Source: Candidatus Omnitrophota bacterium
GTDB taxonomy: Bacteria > Omnitrophota > Omnitrophia > Omnitrophales > Aquincolibacteriaceae
Length of the DNA stretch: 64,000 nucleotides
Assembly: GCA_043732705.1 (NCBI GenBank)
Contig: JAYTHE010000006.1
Location: forward strand, 12,284 to 76,283
Direction of reading: 5' to 3'
A model generated the notes under the pieces. It was not told the origin of the DNA. It saw only the letters and a program-made list of their open reading frames with translations, and did no database searches. Made by a program: the position numbers and the translations under genes. Shown in pieces: positions 1 through 9,537 of the stretch (the first letter of the stretch is position 1; every line of letters begins with the position of its first letter).

Positions 1-1127
1 TTACGATTGGTGCGAATAGCGCGATTGTAGTGGATCAATTTATTTATGACCCGGCGACCGACGCGGGAAAAGTCAGCGTGCGTGTTGTAGAGGGAACCTT
101 TCGTTTTATCACAGGGAAAATCGCACATAAAAATCCGGAAAATATGCAAGTCGATTTACCCAACGGCACAATTGGTATTCGTGGCACCATGGTCATGGGG
201 CGTGTTCACGGAACAAATTCACGGGTGATTTTGACGGGCCCTGGCGATAAAAATAATACGGGGAATAGGCATGGCGAAATTACTGTGGGTGGCAAAGGCG
301 GTGACTCATCAAAGTCAGTACGCATTGCAAAGACCGGTTTTGGCACCGAAATTGAAGGCGAAGGCGCGCCTAAAGGACCCTTTAAAGTTCCGCAATCACA
401 GCTGGATGAAATGACTAGTGAATTGAGTCCCCAAAGCGGTGAGGAAGCCGCCGGCGAGGAAAAATCAGAGCCATCGGGAACAGACCAATCAAGTTCTTCA
501 TCAGGAGAGAGCGCGACTGAACAGGCCGGGCAGGCGAATGTCGATGTTGGCGATAACTTAGAAACGGCAGGAACTTTTACTGAGCTAAGTACAGAGCTTG
601 GAGATCAAACAACCAAGTCAGTGCAAGATACAGTGGACGAAGAGGGGCAGACGCTCGATGGGATTGCGACGGTTCGAGATCTTGGAAAAATTACAACCGG
701 GCAGGCTCATTTTGAAGCGGTAAATTTTCCTCTTTTTAATACTTCGAGTGGTGGTTCATCCACTGGGCGCTTTGATATAAAGTATGACATTGATTTTGCC
801 GCAAGGACTGTCGGGGGTGGGAATTCCAATATTTATGCGCAAGATAGTTCAATTAATAGCCCAACTCCAAAAACGTTTGTTTTGCCAAAACAAAGTTTTG
901 ACAATGCCAGCTCGGCAGGTTTGGCAATCTTCAGTTATTCAAATTTACCGGATAATGGTACTGGCTCCTGTATCTCTTGTACTGCCAACGCGGTTATTAG
1001 CATTGGTAATAGTGGTGGCAATGTTGCAACGGGTGCAATTGCTTTTGTGACCATTACAAACACAGTGCCATCGACTACTACGGTTATAGGTGTTGCAGAG
1101 GCCCCCCGGCAACCCAATCTTTCCTAG
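1..1127 (+). CDS. FecR-domain protein, 5'-truncated by the window edge; acidic linker and a beta-rich C-terminal domain
   Basis: The frame is open from the window start (TIGANSAIVVDQFIYDP...GTFRFITGKIA...GTIGIRGT is a typical FecR signature). It is followed by an E/S/Q-rich linker and an S/T/N/G-rich C-terminus. Confidence 0.8.
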   Translation, partial: TIGANSAIVVDQFIYDPATDAGKVSVRVVEGTFRFITGKIAHKNPENMQVDLPNGTIGIRGTMVMGRVHGTNSRVILTGPGDKNNTGNRHGEITVGGKGGDSSKSVRIAKTGFGTEIEGEGAPKGPFKVPQSQLDEMTSELSPQSGEEAAGEEKSEPSGTDQSSSSSGESATEQAGQANVDVGDNLETAGTFTELSTELGDQTTKSVQDTVDEEGQTLDGIATVRDLGKITTGQAHFEAVNFPLFNTSSGGSSTGRFDIKYDIDFAARTVGGGNSNIYAQDSSINSPTPKTFVLPKQSFDNASSAGLAIFSYSNLPDNGTGSCISCTANAVISIGNSGGNVATGAIAFVTITNTVPSTTTVIGVAEAPRQPNLS

Positions 1128-1154
1128 ATTGGCCACAAAAATATAGAAACATTT

Positions 1155-1874
1155 ATGTTCCTTTTTCTTAAATTAGTTCTCGCGCATTTGATCGCTGATT
1201 TTATCCTTCAATTTGAAGAGCTTTATCAGCTGAAGGTGCGCAGTCATCTCGGGCATTTTTTTCACGCCCTTATTCACTTAATTGTTTCATTGCTGCTCGC
1301 GATTCCCTTCATTTTGGTCTATCCCTGGGTTGCGGTTTATATTTTTGTGCTGGCTGTGATTCATCATTTTCAAGATATCGTTAAATATAACCTTCAATCA
1401 AAATACCCAAAGCAAATTTTTTGGTGTTTTACGATTGATCAAATGGGGCACTTTCTTTTTTTGACGACGGCATTCTTTTTACCAATTGCTAATGAAGTTT
1501 ACGGCTTTCCGAGCTGGCCGACGCTTAATCGAATTTATCTTGATCCATGGATGACGCTGTTTTTAATCGCTTTTATCACGAGCACTTTTAAAGCGACTTA
1601 TTTTTTGCATGCTTTACGGCTCAGCTTTATTTCCGGATCGCGCCCCTTGCATTTCATCACCAGCTTTGAGGTTGCGCATGCGCTGATCGAACGTTCGTGG
1701 ATTACGGCTTGGATTTTATTTGCGCCGCTCGCGGTCGCGCTGCCTGCCGCCCTGGGCATTGGCGTTTTACGCCTGGGTTCGCCCTTGCTGAGAAACCGCA
1801 CTGATTTTATTTTAAGTTTCGTGTATGCGGCTCTGGTCGGCTTTGCCTTTCGTCCCTTACTCGGACGCGTCTGA
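1155..1874 (+). CDS. DUF3307-family multi-pass membrane protein
   Basis: Motifs LAHLIADFILQ, HALIH, IHHFQD and IDQMGH, plus several hydrophobic helices. Confidence 0.75.
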   Translation: MFLFLKLVLAHLIADFILQFEELYQLKVRSHLGHFFHALIHLIVSLLLAIPFILVYPWVAVYIFVLAVIHHFQDIVKYNLQSKYPKQIFWCFTIDQMGHFLFLTTAFFLPIANEVYGFPSWPTLNRIYLDPWMTLFLIAFITSTFKATYFLHALRLSFISGSRPLHFITSFEVAHALIERSWITAWILFAPLAVALPAALGIGVLRLGSPLLRNRTDFILSFVYAALVGFAFRPLLGRV

Positions 1875-3142
1875 TGAGTCATCCGTCAGACCTGACGATT
1901 CAGAATCTTAAAAAAGTTCTCGCCATTAATGCGCAGCTTAATTCCACGCTCGAGATCGGTGCTTTGCTTGAAATTATTATGAAAACCGCCGCGGAGGTGA
2001 TGGACGCGGAAGTGGCTTCGCTTCTGCGCATGGATACCGAAGCGGGTGAGCTTGTGTTTCAAGTCGCTTTAGGGGAAAAGGGCGGAGAGCTCAAAGATAA
2101 ATTCCGCGTCAAGATCGGCGAAGGGATTGCGGGCACAGTCGCAAAAACCGGCGAATCTTTGATTGTGAATGACGTGAGCCGGGATGAGCGGTTTGCCAAA
2201 CGTTTTGACGTCTCAACCGGATTCGTGACGAAGGCCATTCTTTGTGTGCCGTTGCGCGCGGGAAATAAAATCATCGGCGTTTTGCAGGCGATTAATCCTA
2301 TCAATAGCCTGCCCTTTTCAGTTGACGATCAATTCTTGTTTGAAACCTTTGCGGATCTTGCGGCAATCGCGCTTGAAAACGCTCGTATGCACGGTGAGAT
2401 TGTGAAGCAGGAGCGCGCAAAACGGGATCTTAAGATCGCGCATGAAATTCAACAAAATTTTTTGCCGGACCTTTCCCGCAACCGGTTTTGCGTGGAAATC
2501 GCCGCTAAAAATATTCCCGCGCTTGATGTGGGCGGTGATTTTTATGATGTCGTCCAGCTGGACAAGGATAGGGTTGGTGTCGTGATCGGGGATGTTTCCG
2601 GTAAGGGTGTGCCAGCCGCGCTTTATATGGTGCGCGCGATATCCGAGTTTCGTTTTCTTTCGCATCAGCTGGCAAGTCCCGCGCAACTCTTGTTTGAACT
2701 GAATCGTGTGCTTTCTGAAAACAGCCCTTTTGGAATGTTTGTGACGCTCGTTTACATGGTGATTGATACGCGGTCTCAAGTTATGAGTTATGCTTCGGCC
2801 GGACATCACGCGATTTTGAAACGCGCCGCTAAATCCGGAAAAGTAGAAGCGCTTGAGAATATTGGGGGGCCGCCAATAGGGCTCGCGGAGGAATCGACCT
2901 ATAATCAAAATGAAATCACGATCGGATCCGGCGATGGATTTTTTGCCTATACTGACGGTGTTGTTGAGGCCCGCAATAAAAGCAAAGAAGAATATGGCAT
3001 GCAAAGGTTAGAGAGCTGCCTGCGAGAAACGCGCCGGAACGTGGCTGATTACGCGGATTTAATTCTATCTGATTTAAAAATTTTTACAGGCAATGTGGAT
3101 CCACATGACGATATCACTGTAATTGGCATGATCATTCCGTAG
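1874..3142 (+). CDS. GAF-domain PP2C/SpoIIE (RsbU-like) serine phosphatase
   Basis: GAF domain (GEGIAG...NDVSRDERF) followed by VGGDFYD, IGDVSGKG, YTDGVVEA and HDDIT. Confidence 0.92.
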   Translation: MSHPSDLTIQNLKKVLAINAQLNSTLEIGALLEIIMKTAAEVMDAEVASLLRMDTEAGELVFQVALGEKGGELKDKFRVKIGEGIAGTVAKTGESLIVNDVSRDERFAKRFDVSTGFVTKAILCVPLRAGNKIIGVLQAINPINSLPFSVDDQFLFETFADLAAIALENARMHGEIVKQERAKRDLKIAHEIQQNFLPDLSRNRFCVEIAAKNIPALDVGGDFYDVVQLDKDRVGVVIGDVSGKGVPAALYMVRAISEFRFLSHQLASPAQLLFELNRVLSENSPFGMFVTLVYMVIDTRSQVMSYASAGHHAILKRAAKSGKVEALENIGGPPIGLAEESTYNQNEITIGSGDGFFAYTDGVVEARNKSKEEYGMQRLESCLRETRRNVADYADLILSDLKIFTGNVDPHDDITVIGMIIP

Positions 3143-3235
3143 CACGCAAGAAACCAGCCACGAGGCTGCGTTACACGCAACCTCGGGATTCATAGATTAT
3201 TTAGCCGCAGTCGAAATTAATAAAGGAAATTTAGA

Positions 3236-5455
3236 ATGAGCAAAAAGAAAGCTTCTAAATTTTTAATCCCGCTTGTTTTGCTGGGCGCGGTGGTTGGTCT
3301 GCGGATTCTTTTTTCTGAAAAAGCAGATGATTTTTCCATGCGGGTTTTTGATCAATATCAAAAAATAAGGCCGCGCATTTATAAAGATACCCCCGTGCGT
3401 TTTATTGACATTGACGATGAGAGCCTTGCCAAGATAGGTCAATGGCCGTGGCCGCGTACGGTGTTGGCACAACTTATCTCCCATTTATCTGAAAAAGGCG
3501 CCTCTGTTATCGTGATGGATATTCTTTTTTCAGAAGCGGACCGTACTTCGCCTGCCCGGGCGCTTCCGTTATGGAACTCCGATTTACCGGAACTTCAAAC
3601 TTTAAAAACCAAAGTAAATTTGTTGCCAGATCATGATCAGGTTTTTGCCAAGGCTATTTCTGAAGCGCGTGTTGTTACGGGCTTTAATTTGACGACTGAT
3701 AAAACCGTGGGCTCTCCGTTGGTTAAAGCCGGTTTTGCGCATAGCGGTGAAGATCCGCTTGGATATTTACCCGCTTTTCATGGTGCTATTTCGAATCTTT
3801 CGATTTTTGAAAAAGAAGCGTTGGGTAATGGGAGCTTCAATTTTATCGCGGATTCCGATGCCGTTTTAAGGCGAGTGCCGCTTGTTTTCCGGTATGAGAA
3901 TCAGCTTGTGCCGTCGCTTGTGGCGGAAGCTGTGCGCGTGGCTCAGGGCGCTTCAAGTTTCGTGATTAAGTCTTCAACGGGCAGCGGTAAAACAAGTTTT
4001 GGAGAAAATACGGGGATAACTAATTTTAAAATTGGACAATTTGTTATCCCAACGGATGGTGAGGGCCGAATCTGGCTTTACGATACCGGAAGAATAAAAA
4101 AACGTTATCTCTCCGCCTCCAAGGTTCTCAGCAGCGATTTTGATCCCAAGCTCGTGGAAGGAAATGTTATTTTTGTAGGATCGAGCGCCGCGGGGCTTAA
4201 AGATTTGCGCGCCACGCCGCTGAGCTCGGTGTCGGCCGGGACGGAAGTTCACGCGCAACTGGTAGAGCAAATTTTAAATCAGGAGTTTTTAAGCCGTCCT
4301 GATTGGGCGCCGGGCGCCGAAATCTGTTTCGTGCTTGTGTTGGGTATCCTCCTGGTTTTTTTGTTGCCATGGCTGGGGGTTGTGGCGTCCGCGGTTTTTA
4401 GCGTGCTTTTGACTATGTTTGCCTTTGGATTTTCATGGTATGAATTCAGCACAAAGCATCAGCTTTTTGATCCGGTGACGCCATCACTCGTGGTGTTGAT
4501 TCTTTACTTGGCGATATCGTTGATGCATTACCTTCGGACGGAAGCCGAAAAAAATCAAATTCGCGGGGCTTTCGGGCAATATGTTTCACCCGCGCTTTTA
4601 GAGAAAATATCAAAAAATCCCGAGCAGTTGAAGTTGGGCGGGGAAACGCGCACGATGACTATTTTATTTTCCGATATCCGCAATTTTACAGCACTTTCCG
4701 AAAAATTGAGCGCTGAGGATTTAACGCTATTCATGAATCGCTATTTGACCCCCATGACAAATATTATTCTTAAAACGAATGGGACCATTGATAAATATAT
4801 CGGCGATTGCATTATGGCTTTTTGGAATGCGCCGGTATCGGATGCTGAGCATGTGCGGCATGCTTGCCAAGCTGCGCTTGAAATGCAAAGCCATCTCAAA
4901 GATTGGAATGTGTCGATGCGGGAAGAATTTAAAAAGAATGGAAAATTTTTTGAGCCCATCAAGGTTGGAATTGGTTTAAACACGGGGGAGTGTTGCGTGG
5001 GAAATGTGGGGTCGGAGCAACGCTTTGATTATTCTGTGTTGGGCGATGATGTGAATCTTGCTTCGCGCTTAGAGAGCCAATCTAAATTTTATGGAGTGGA
5101 TATTATCTTAGGCCCGTCAATGCAAACGCAAGCTCAAGACTATGCAATGCTTGAAATGGACTTAATTCGTGTTAAAGGCAAAACAAAGCCCGTTCAGATT
5201 TATGCTTTGCTGGGTAACGAAAGTGTAAAAAAAAGCAGTGTCTTTCAAGGTTTGGAAGCATTGCATCAAAAAATGATTTCATCGTATCGAACCCAACAGT
5301 GGGGGGAAGCCGAGAAAATAATGGATAGTCTTCTTGAGCAAAAAGGGTTTTTGCAGCTAGAAGATTTGTATAGGCTATATCAAAAAAGCATTCAAATCTA
5401 CAAACTTCGTCCTTTTGACCCCAACTGGGATGGTGTGAATAGTCTGAATCACTAG
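3236..5455 (+). CDS. CHASE2-domain class III adenylate/guanylate cyclase
   Basis: CHASE2 (IDIDDESL..GQWPWPR), TM helices, and cyclase motifs FSDIRNFT, DKYIGDCIMA and GDDVNLASRLE. Confidence 0.93.
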   Translation: MSKKKASKFLIPLVLLGAVVGLRILFSEKADDFSMRVFDQYQKIRPRIYKDTPVRFIDIDDESLAKIGQWPWPRTVLAQLISHLSEKGASVIVMDILFSEADRTSPARALPLWNSDLPELQTLKTKVNLLPDHDQVFAKAISEARVVTGFNLTTDKTVGSPLVKAGFAHSGEDPLGYLPAFHGAISNLSIFEKEALGNGSFNFIADSDAVLRRVPLVFRYENQLVPSLVAEAVRVAQGASSFVIKSSTGSGKTSFGENTGITNFKIGQFVIPTDGEGRIWLYDTGRIKKRYLSASKVLSSDFDPKLVEGNVIFVGSSAAGLKDLRATPLSSVSAGTEVHAQLVEQILNQEFLSRPDWAPGAEICFVLVLGILLVFLLPWLGVVASAVFSVLLTMFAFGFSWYEFSTKHQLFDPVTPSLVVLILYLAISLMHYLRTEAEKNQIRGAFGQYVSPALLEKISKNPEQLKLGGETRTMTILFSDIRNFTALSEKLSAEDLTLFMNRYLTPMTNIILKTNGTIDKYIGDCIMAFWNAPVSDAEHVRHACQAALEMQSHLKDWNVSMREEFKKNGKFFEPIKVGIGLNTGECCVGNVGSEQRFDYSVLGDDVNLASRLESQSKFYGVDIILGPSMQTQAQDYAMLEMDLIRVKGKTKPVQIYALLGNESVKKSSVFQGLEALHQKMISSYRTQQWGEAEKIMDSLLEQKGFLQLEDLYRLYQKSIQIYKLRPFDPNWDGVNSLNH

Positions 5456-5525
5456 TCAATACCTCTTCAAAGTCTTTCGAGACCAGCTTGATGAAATCAG
5501 ATATAATCCCGCTTCCGAGGACGGA

Positions 5526-5642
5526 AAAGTTAAAACTTAAAGTTTAAAGCTAAAAACCATAACTCAAAGCCCCTAAGCTGCCTGAAGAGTTTTGAGTTAT
5601 CAGTTATAGTTTTGATTTTTTAGTTATAAGTTTTGAGTTTTC
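5526..5642. repeat. Heptamer-periodic imperfect inverted repeat (family C)
   Basis: A-rich 7-mers (AAAACTT/AAAGTTT/AAAGCTA) mirrored by T-rich 7-mers (TTTTGAG/TTATCAG/TTATAAG). Confidence 0.75.
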
Positions 5643-5644
5643 TT

Positions 5645-5718
5645 GTGCCCGTAGCTCAACTGGATAGAGTACTGCCCTCCGAAGGCAGGGGTTGGTGGTT
5701 CAAATCCACCCGGGCACA
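5645..5718 (+). tRNA. tRNA-Arg(CCG)
   Basis: Acceptor GTGCCCG/CGGGCAC, anticodon arm CTGCC-CTCCGAA-GGCAG, T arm GGTGG-TTCAAAT-CCACC. CCA is not encoded. Confidence 0.95.
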
Positions 5719-5760
5719 TGCATCGCGAAGCGATGGCGTTTTGAATTATGATTCAAAACG

Positions 5761-5850
5761 AGCTCAACTATTCCGCCTTAGGCGGATAAATATTACGGGA
5801 GCGCTGCCCTCCGAAGGCAGAGGTTGCGCGTTCAATTCGCGCCGGGCACA
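5761..5850 (+). pseudogene. Degenerate second tRNA-Arg(CCG) with insertions in the D-loop and no 5' acceptor strand
   Basis: AGCTCAACT...GGATA...GAGCGCTGCCCTCCGAAGGCAGAGGTTGCGCGTTCAATTCGCGCCGGGCACA. Confidence 0.75.
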
Positions 5851-6033
5851 GTTATGTTTTTGGCTCTGTGCAAAGCACAACCGCCAGGAAAGAGTGTTCA
5901 ACAGTTTGTTTTTGAGTGTGAATTGAAGTCAGCTCGACGCGGCAACTATGTATTTTGGATTAAGTGGCTTGCGGTTGAGCGACCCGCTGCGCCAGAGCGT
6001 CAGCGCGGCGAGAGCCCAAGGAAAAAAGAATTC

Positions 6034-6711
6034 GTGAAGAAATTGTCTTTGCTGAAAAATTTAAAAAATCTTTTGATCATAGTCGTGGTGATCGCCGGAA
6101 TTGCCTGGGTAAAAGTTCTTTTCCACCGTGATCAGGTTTTGCGGCAGGTAATTGACCGGCTTTCCGCGGATACACGCGTTGCCGAAGTGGTGGTTACGAA
6201 AAGCGAGTTGGATGAAGTGAGCGGAAAAATTTTAACCACGATTAAATTTCTCGAGTACAACGCCAAAGGCGAACCGCTGGTTCCAAAGTATTTTACTTTT
6301 CGCGGCAATATTATTCAGTTTCAATCGCTTGTGATTCGCTTCAATGATAATTTGATCAAGAAAGGCGACAAGCTCAAAGGTAAAAGCGCCTATCTTTTTA
6401 TGAAAGCTTTTGTCCTGGATCCAAAAGATTTACAGGTTTTTGATATTACTCCGGCGCACACGGTTCCTGAAGGGTATCAAACCGATATTGAAGTGGCTGG
6501 CTTCGAACGTCAGCTTTGGGAAAAATTTTGGAATTACGCGCTCAATCCTCAGACCCGCGATCAGGTAGGAGTGAAGAACGCTCAAATTGAAGCGCCCGGC
6601 TCTTTGTTTCTTCCCGGAACTATTTACACTTTAAAAATCGAACATGACGGCGGTATCCGGATTGATACGCAGCCGATTCCACAAATTTTGAAAGGCGAAA
6701 AAATCGCATGA
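6034..6711 (+). CDS. Hypothetical single-pass membrane protein (start re-called to GTG 6034)
   Basis: N-terminal TM helix (LLIIVVVIAGIAWV) and an ATGA overlap with queA. The longer 5824 start runs through the tRNA remnant and repeats. Confidence 0.7.
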   Translation: MKKLSLLKNLKNLLIIVVVIAGIAWVKVLFHRDQVLRQVIDRLSADTRVAEVVVTKSELDEVSGKILTTIKFLEYNAKGEPLVPKYFTFRGNIIQFQSLVIRFNDNLIKKGDKLKGKSAYLFMKAFVLDPKDLQVFDITPAHTVPEGYQTDIEVAGFERQLWEKFWNYALNPQTRDQVGVKNAQIEAPGSLFLPGTIYTLKIEHDGGIRIDTQPIPQILKGEKIA

Positions 6712-7787
6712 AAAAGTTTTCTTCGCCGCGTGACACATTAATGCTCGAGCAGTTTGATTATCCGCTGCCCAAAGAGAAAATCGCGCTTTACCCGCTGGCT
6801 GACCGCGCGGCTGCAAAAATGCTGGTGGCTGACCGTAAAGCAGATTCCTTTGAGCACAAAACTTTTCGTGATTTGCCAAGTTATCTCAAATCAGGCGATG
6901 TACTTGTGGTTAATAATACGCGCGTGATCCCTGCCCGCATATTTGGCCATCGTATGACCGGATCCAAGGTTGAAATTTTACTTTTAAAGAAAGTGCAATT
7001 CGGTCCCGATTTTTCGGCTTGGGAAGTTTTGTTGAAGCCTTCCGGAAAAATCAGAAAAGGCGAAGTTTTTGAAGCGGGCCAAAATGATTTTTGGATTCAG
7101 GTCAAGGTGTTGAATGATGCTCCGGAAAATGACGGCCGCCGCTTATTGCGCTTTGAAACTGATGACTTTGAAGGCTTCCTCAAAAAAGCCGGACATATGC
7201 CTTTGCCGCCTTATATTCACCGCGATGACGAAGTTTCCGATCGCGAACAGTATCAAACTGTGTATGCTGAAAAAGAAGGTTCGGTTGCGGCGCCGACTGC
7301 CGGTTTGCATTTTGATGCTGCGCTTTTGGAAGAAATTAAAAAGAAGGGCGTACAAGTTATCGAAGTGACTTTGGATGTTGGCTACGGAACTTTTCAGCTG
7401 ATGATGGCTAAGCATGTTGCGGATCATCATATGTCCATGGAATCTTATGAAATTTCCGAGGCTGCAGCGCAAACCATTAATCAGGCCAAGACTGACGGCC
7501 GCCGTGTGATTGCCTGCGGGACAACCAGCGTGCGCGCCCTGGAATCTTCCGCGTGGGAAGACGGAAAAGTACATGCCGGTCGTGTACAAACGGATCTTTT
7601 TATTTACCCGCCTTATCCATTTAAAATTGTGGATGCGCTGATTACCAACTTTCATTTTCCAAAAACATCGCTTTTAGTTTTGGTCAGTGCTTTTTTAGGT
7701 TACGAGAAAATGATGGCCGCTTACAAAACCGCGCTCGAGTCCAACTATCGTTTTGCGAGTTATGGTGACGGAATGTTTATTATTTAG
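6708..7787 (+). CDS. queA: S-adenosylmethionine:tRNA ribosyltransferase-isomerase
   Basis: FDYPLP, PLPPYI, YQTVYA, AAPTAGLHF, TNFH and YRFASYGD. Confidence 0.97.
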   Translation: MKKFSSPRDTLMLEQFDYPLPKEKIALYPLADRAAAKMLVADRKADSFEHKTFRDLPSYLKSGDVLVVNNTRVIPARIFGHRMTGSKVEILLLKKVQFGPDFSAWEVLLKPSGKIRKGEVFEAGQNDFWIQVKVLNDAPENDGRRLLRFETDDFEGFLKKAGHMPLPPYIHRDDEVSDREQYQTVYAEKEGSVAAPTAGLHFDAALLEEIKKKGVQVIEVTLDVGYGTFQLMMAKHVADHHMSMESYEISEAAAQTINQAKTDGRRVIACGTTSVRALESSAWEDGKVHAGRVQTDLFIYPPYPFKIVDALITNFHFPKTSLLVLVSAFLGYEKMMAAYKTALESNYRFASYGDGMFII

Positions 7788-7864
7788 GCTTGAGGCTTGA
7801 GGCTTGAGGCCGGCGGCCGGAGGGAACTTAGTTCTGAGTACCCTCGGGCCTCCGACCTCCGGGC
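7786..7864. repeat. Heptamer-periodic inverted repeat (family C)
   Basis: (GGCTTGA)x3 GGCCGGC GGCCGGA mirrored by CCTCGGG CCTCCGA CCTCCGG. Confidence 0.7.
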
Positions 7865-7877
7865 TACTTTTATTACT

Positions 7878-8993
7878 ATGAAGAACCTTAAATTTCAAAT
7901 TTTAGCTGAGGATGGTCACGCTCGCGCGGGTCAGTTCACAACTGCTCATGGAGTCGTGGAAACACCCGTATTTATGCCTGTCGGAACGCAGGGAACGGTC
8001 AAAGGGATTTTGCCGCGCGATTTGACCGAGATGGGCACTTCGATTCTGCTCGGAAATACTTACCATTTATATGTCCGTCCTGGAATGGAAATTCTCAAGA
8101 AATTCGGCGGGCTGCATAAGTTCATGGGTTGGAATGGGCCGATTCTGACCGATAGCGGCGGCTACCAGGTTTTTTCGCTCAACAAAATACGGAAATTAAC
8201 GGAAGACGGCGTGCGCTTTAATTCACATGTGGATGGCGCAGAAATATTTTTGACTCCCGAAAAAGTGATGGAAATTCAAAGTGATATTGGCAGCGATATC
8301 GCGATGGTTTTTGATGAATGTCCGGCTTCAACGAGCGACCGTAATTTGATTCAGGAAGCGGTGGAGCGCACCTTGCGCTGGTCTAAGCGCGCGAAAGATT
8401 GTCACAAACTCGGAACACAGTCCCTTTTCGGAATTGTGCAGGGCGGGGTTTTGGAAGATTTGCGCAAATACTCGCTCGAGAAAACCGTCGAAATCGGTTT
8501 TGACGGCTATGCTTTGGGCGGTTTATGCGTCGGCGAAAACCAGGAGGATACCTTTCGAATCTATCGCGAAATCATCCGCCTCATGCCGCGCGAGTATCCG
8601 CGTTATATGATGGGTATCGGAACTCCGATGGATTTTATTCAAGCGATTGAAAATGGCGCCGATATGTTTGATTGCGTTACGCCTACGCGCCATGGGCGGA
8701 ATGGTTCGGCTTTTACGCCCGAGGGCATGGTGGTGGTCAGAAACGGGCGTTACGCGGCTGATGAGCTGCCGATTCAGCCAGGCTGCGGTTGTTACGCCTG
8801 TAAGACTTTTTCGCGGGGATATATCCGGCATCTATTGAATACGGAAGAAATGCTGGGGCCGATTTTGGTCTCGATGCATAACACGCATTTTTTTATACGC
8901 TTTGTAACGGATATCCGCGCAAGTATTGTTGCGGGAAAATTTGCGGAGTTTAAGAAGAATTTTTTAGGAAGTTTTGATTCAGAACAGAGATAA
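7878..8993 (+). CDS. tgt: tRNA-guanine transglycosylase
   Basis: TPVFMPVGT, TDSGGYQVFSL, FDCVTPTR and a CxCxxC zinc site. Start re-called to ATG 7878. Confidence 0.97.
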   Translation: MKNLKFQILAEDGHARAGQFTTAHGVVETPVFMPVGTQGTVKGILPRDLTEMGTSILLGNTYHLYVRPGMEILKKFGGLHKFMGWNGPILTDSGGYQVFSLNKIRKLTEDGVRFNSHVDGAEIFLTPEKVMEIQSDIGSDIAMVFDECPASTSDRNLIQEAVERTLRWSKRAKDCHKLGTQSLFGIVQGGVLEDLRKYSLEKTVEIGFDGYALGGLCVGENQEDTFRIYREIIRLMPREYPRYMMGIGTPMDFIQAIENGADMFDCVTPTRHGRNGSAFTPEGMVVVRNGRYAADELPIQPGCGCYACKTFSRGYIRHLLNTEEMLGPILVSMHNTHFFIRFVTDIRASIVAGKFAEFKKNFLGSFDSEQR

Positions 8994-9002
8994 AGAAGGA
9001 CA

Positions 9003-9096
9003 TGAGACCGGAGACACGAGACTAGAGACCTTGGACTTGAAGTCGTTGTGTCGATAGTTTATAGTCTCCAGTCTTAGGTCCCTTGTCTCAGGTCTA
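9003..9096. repeat. Heptamer-periodic inverted repeat (family C)
   Basis: GAGACCG GAGACAC GAGACTA GAGACCT mirrored by GTCTCCA GTCTTAG GTCCCTT GTCTCAG. Confidence 0.75.
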
Positions 9097-9113
9097 ATAT
9101 ATAAGGAGTTTTC

Positions 9114-9422
9114 ATGTTGAGTTCAATTTTTGTGCCGATGCAGGCGACGACCCAGGCGAACCCTTTGGTTCAACTTGCACCGATGGTTTTGATTTTCGGA
9201 ATTTTTTATTTTCTAATTCTCCGTCCGCAGCAAAAACGCCAGAAGGACCTTGCCAAGTTGGTTGAAGGCGTGAAAAAAGGCGATAAGGTTGTGACAGCCG
9301 GCGGAATCTTAGGCATCGTGACAAGTATTCAGCAGGATTATGTTGTCATTAAAACCGGAGATTCCGATACGACTAAAATGGAAGTTTTAAAAAGCGCGAT
9401 TACCGGCATTCGAAATGAATAA
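9114..9422 (+). CDS. yajC: Preprotein translocase subunit YajC
   Basis: FYFLILRPQQKR and GDKVVTAGGILG; preceded by an AAGGAG Shine-Dalgarno. Confidence 0.96.
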   Translation: MLSSIFVPMQATTQANPLVQLAPMVLIFGIFYFLILRPQQKRQKDLAKLVEGVKKGDKVVTAGGILGIVTSIQQDYVVIKTGDSDTTKMEVLKSAITGIRNE

Positions 9423-9434
9423 TTAAGGAACTCG

Positions 9435-9527
9435 CCCCGTTAGAGTTTTAACTAACTCAGCAGAGCAGTTTATTAATAGAAATTGGTTTTCTCAAGATGG
9501 TTTGATTTGTTCGAAACTCTAACGGGG
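9435..9527. mobile_element. MITE-like element (family B) with 14-bp perfect TIRs
   Basis: CCCCGTTAGAGTTT ... AAACTCTAACGGGG. Confidence 0.75.
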
Positions 9528-9537
9528 TAAATATTTT

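Noticed and set aside
5633-5926. 97-aa ORF with a repeated LPSEGRG
   Set aside because: It is a translation of the tRNA-Arg gene and its degenerate copy.
5863-5998. Family-D hairpins as integron attC sites
   Set aside because: They are too short, lack the RYYYAAC/GTTRRRY box arrangement, and have no integrase or cassette array nearby.
5526-9096. Short periodic repeats as a CRISPR array
   Set aside because: The units are degenerate 7-mers in inverted arrangement with no unique spacers, and no cas genes are present.
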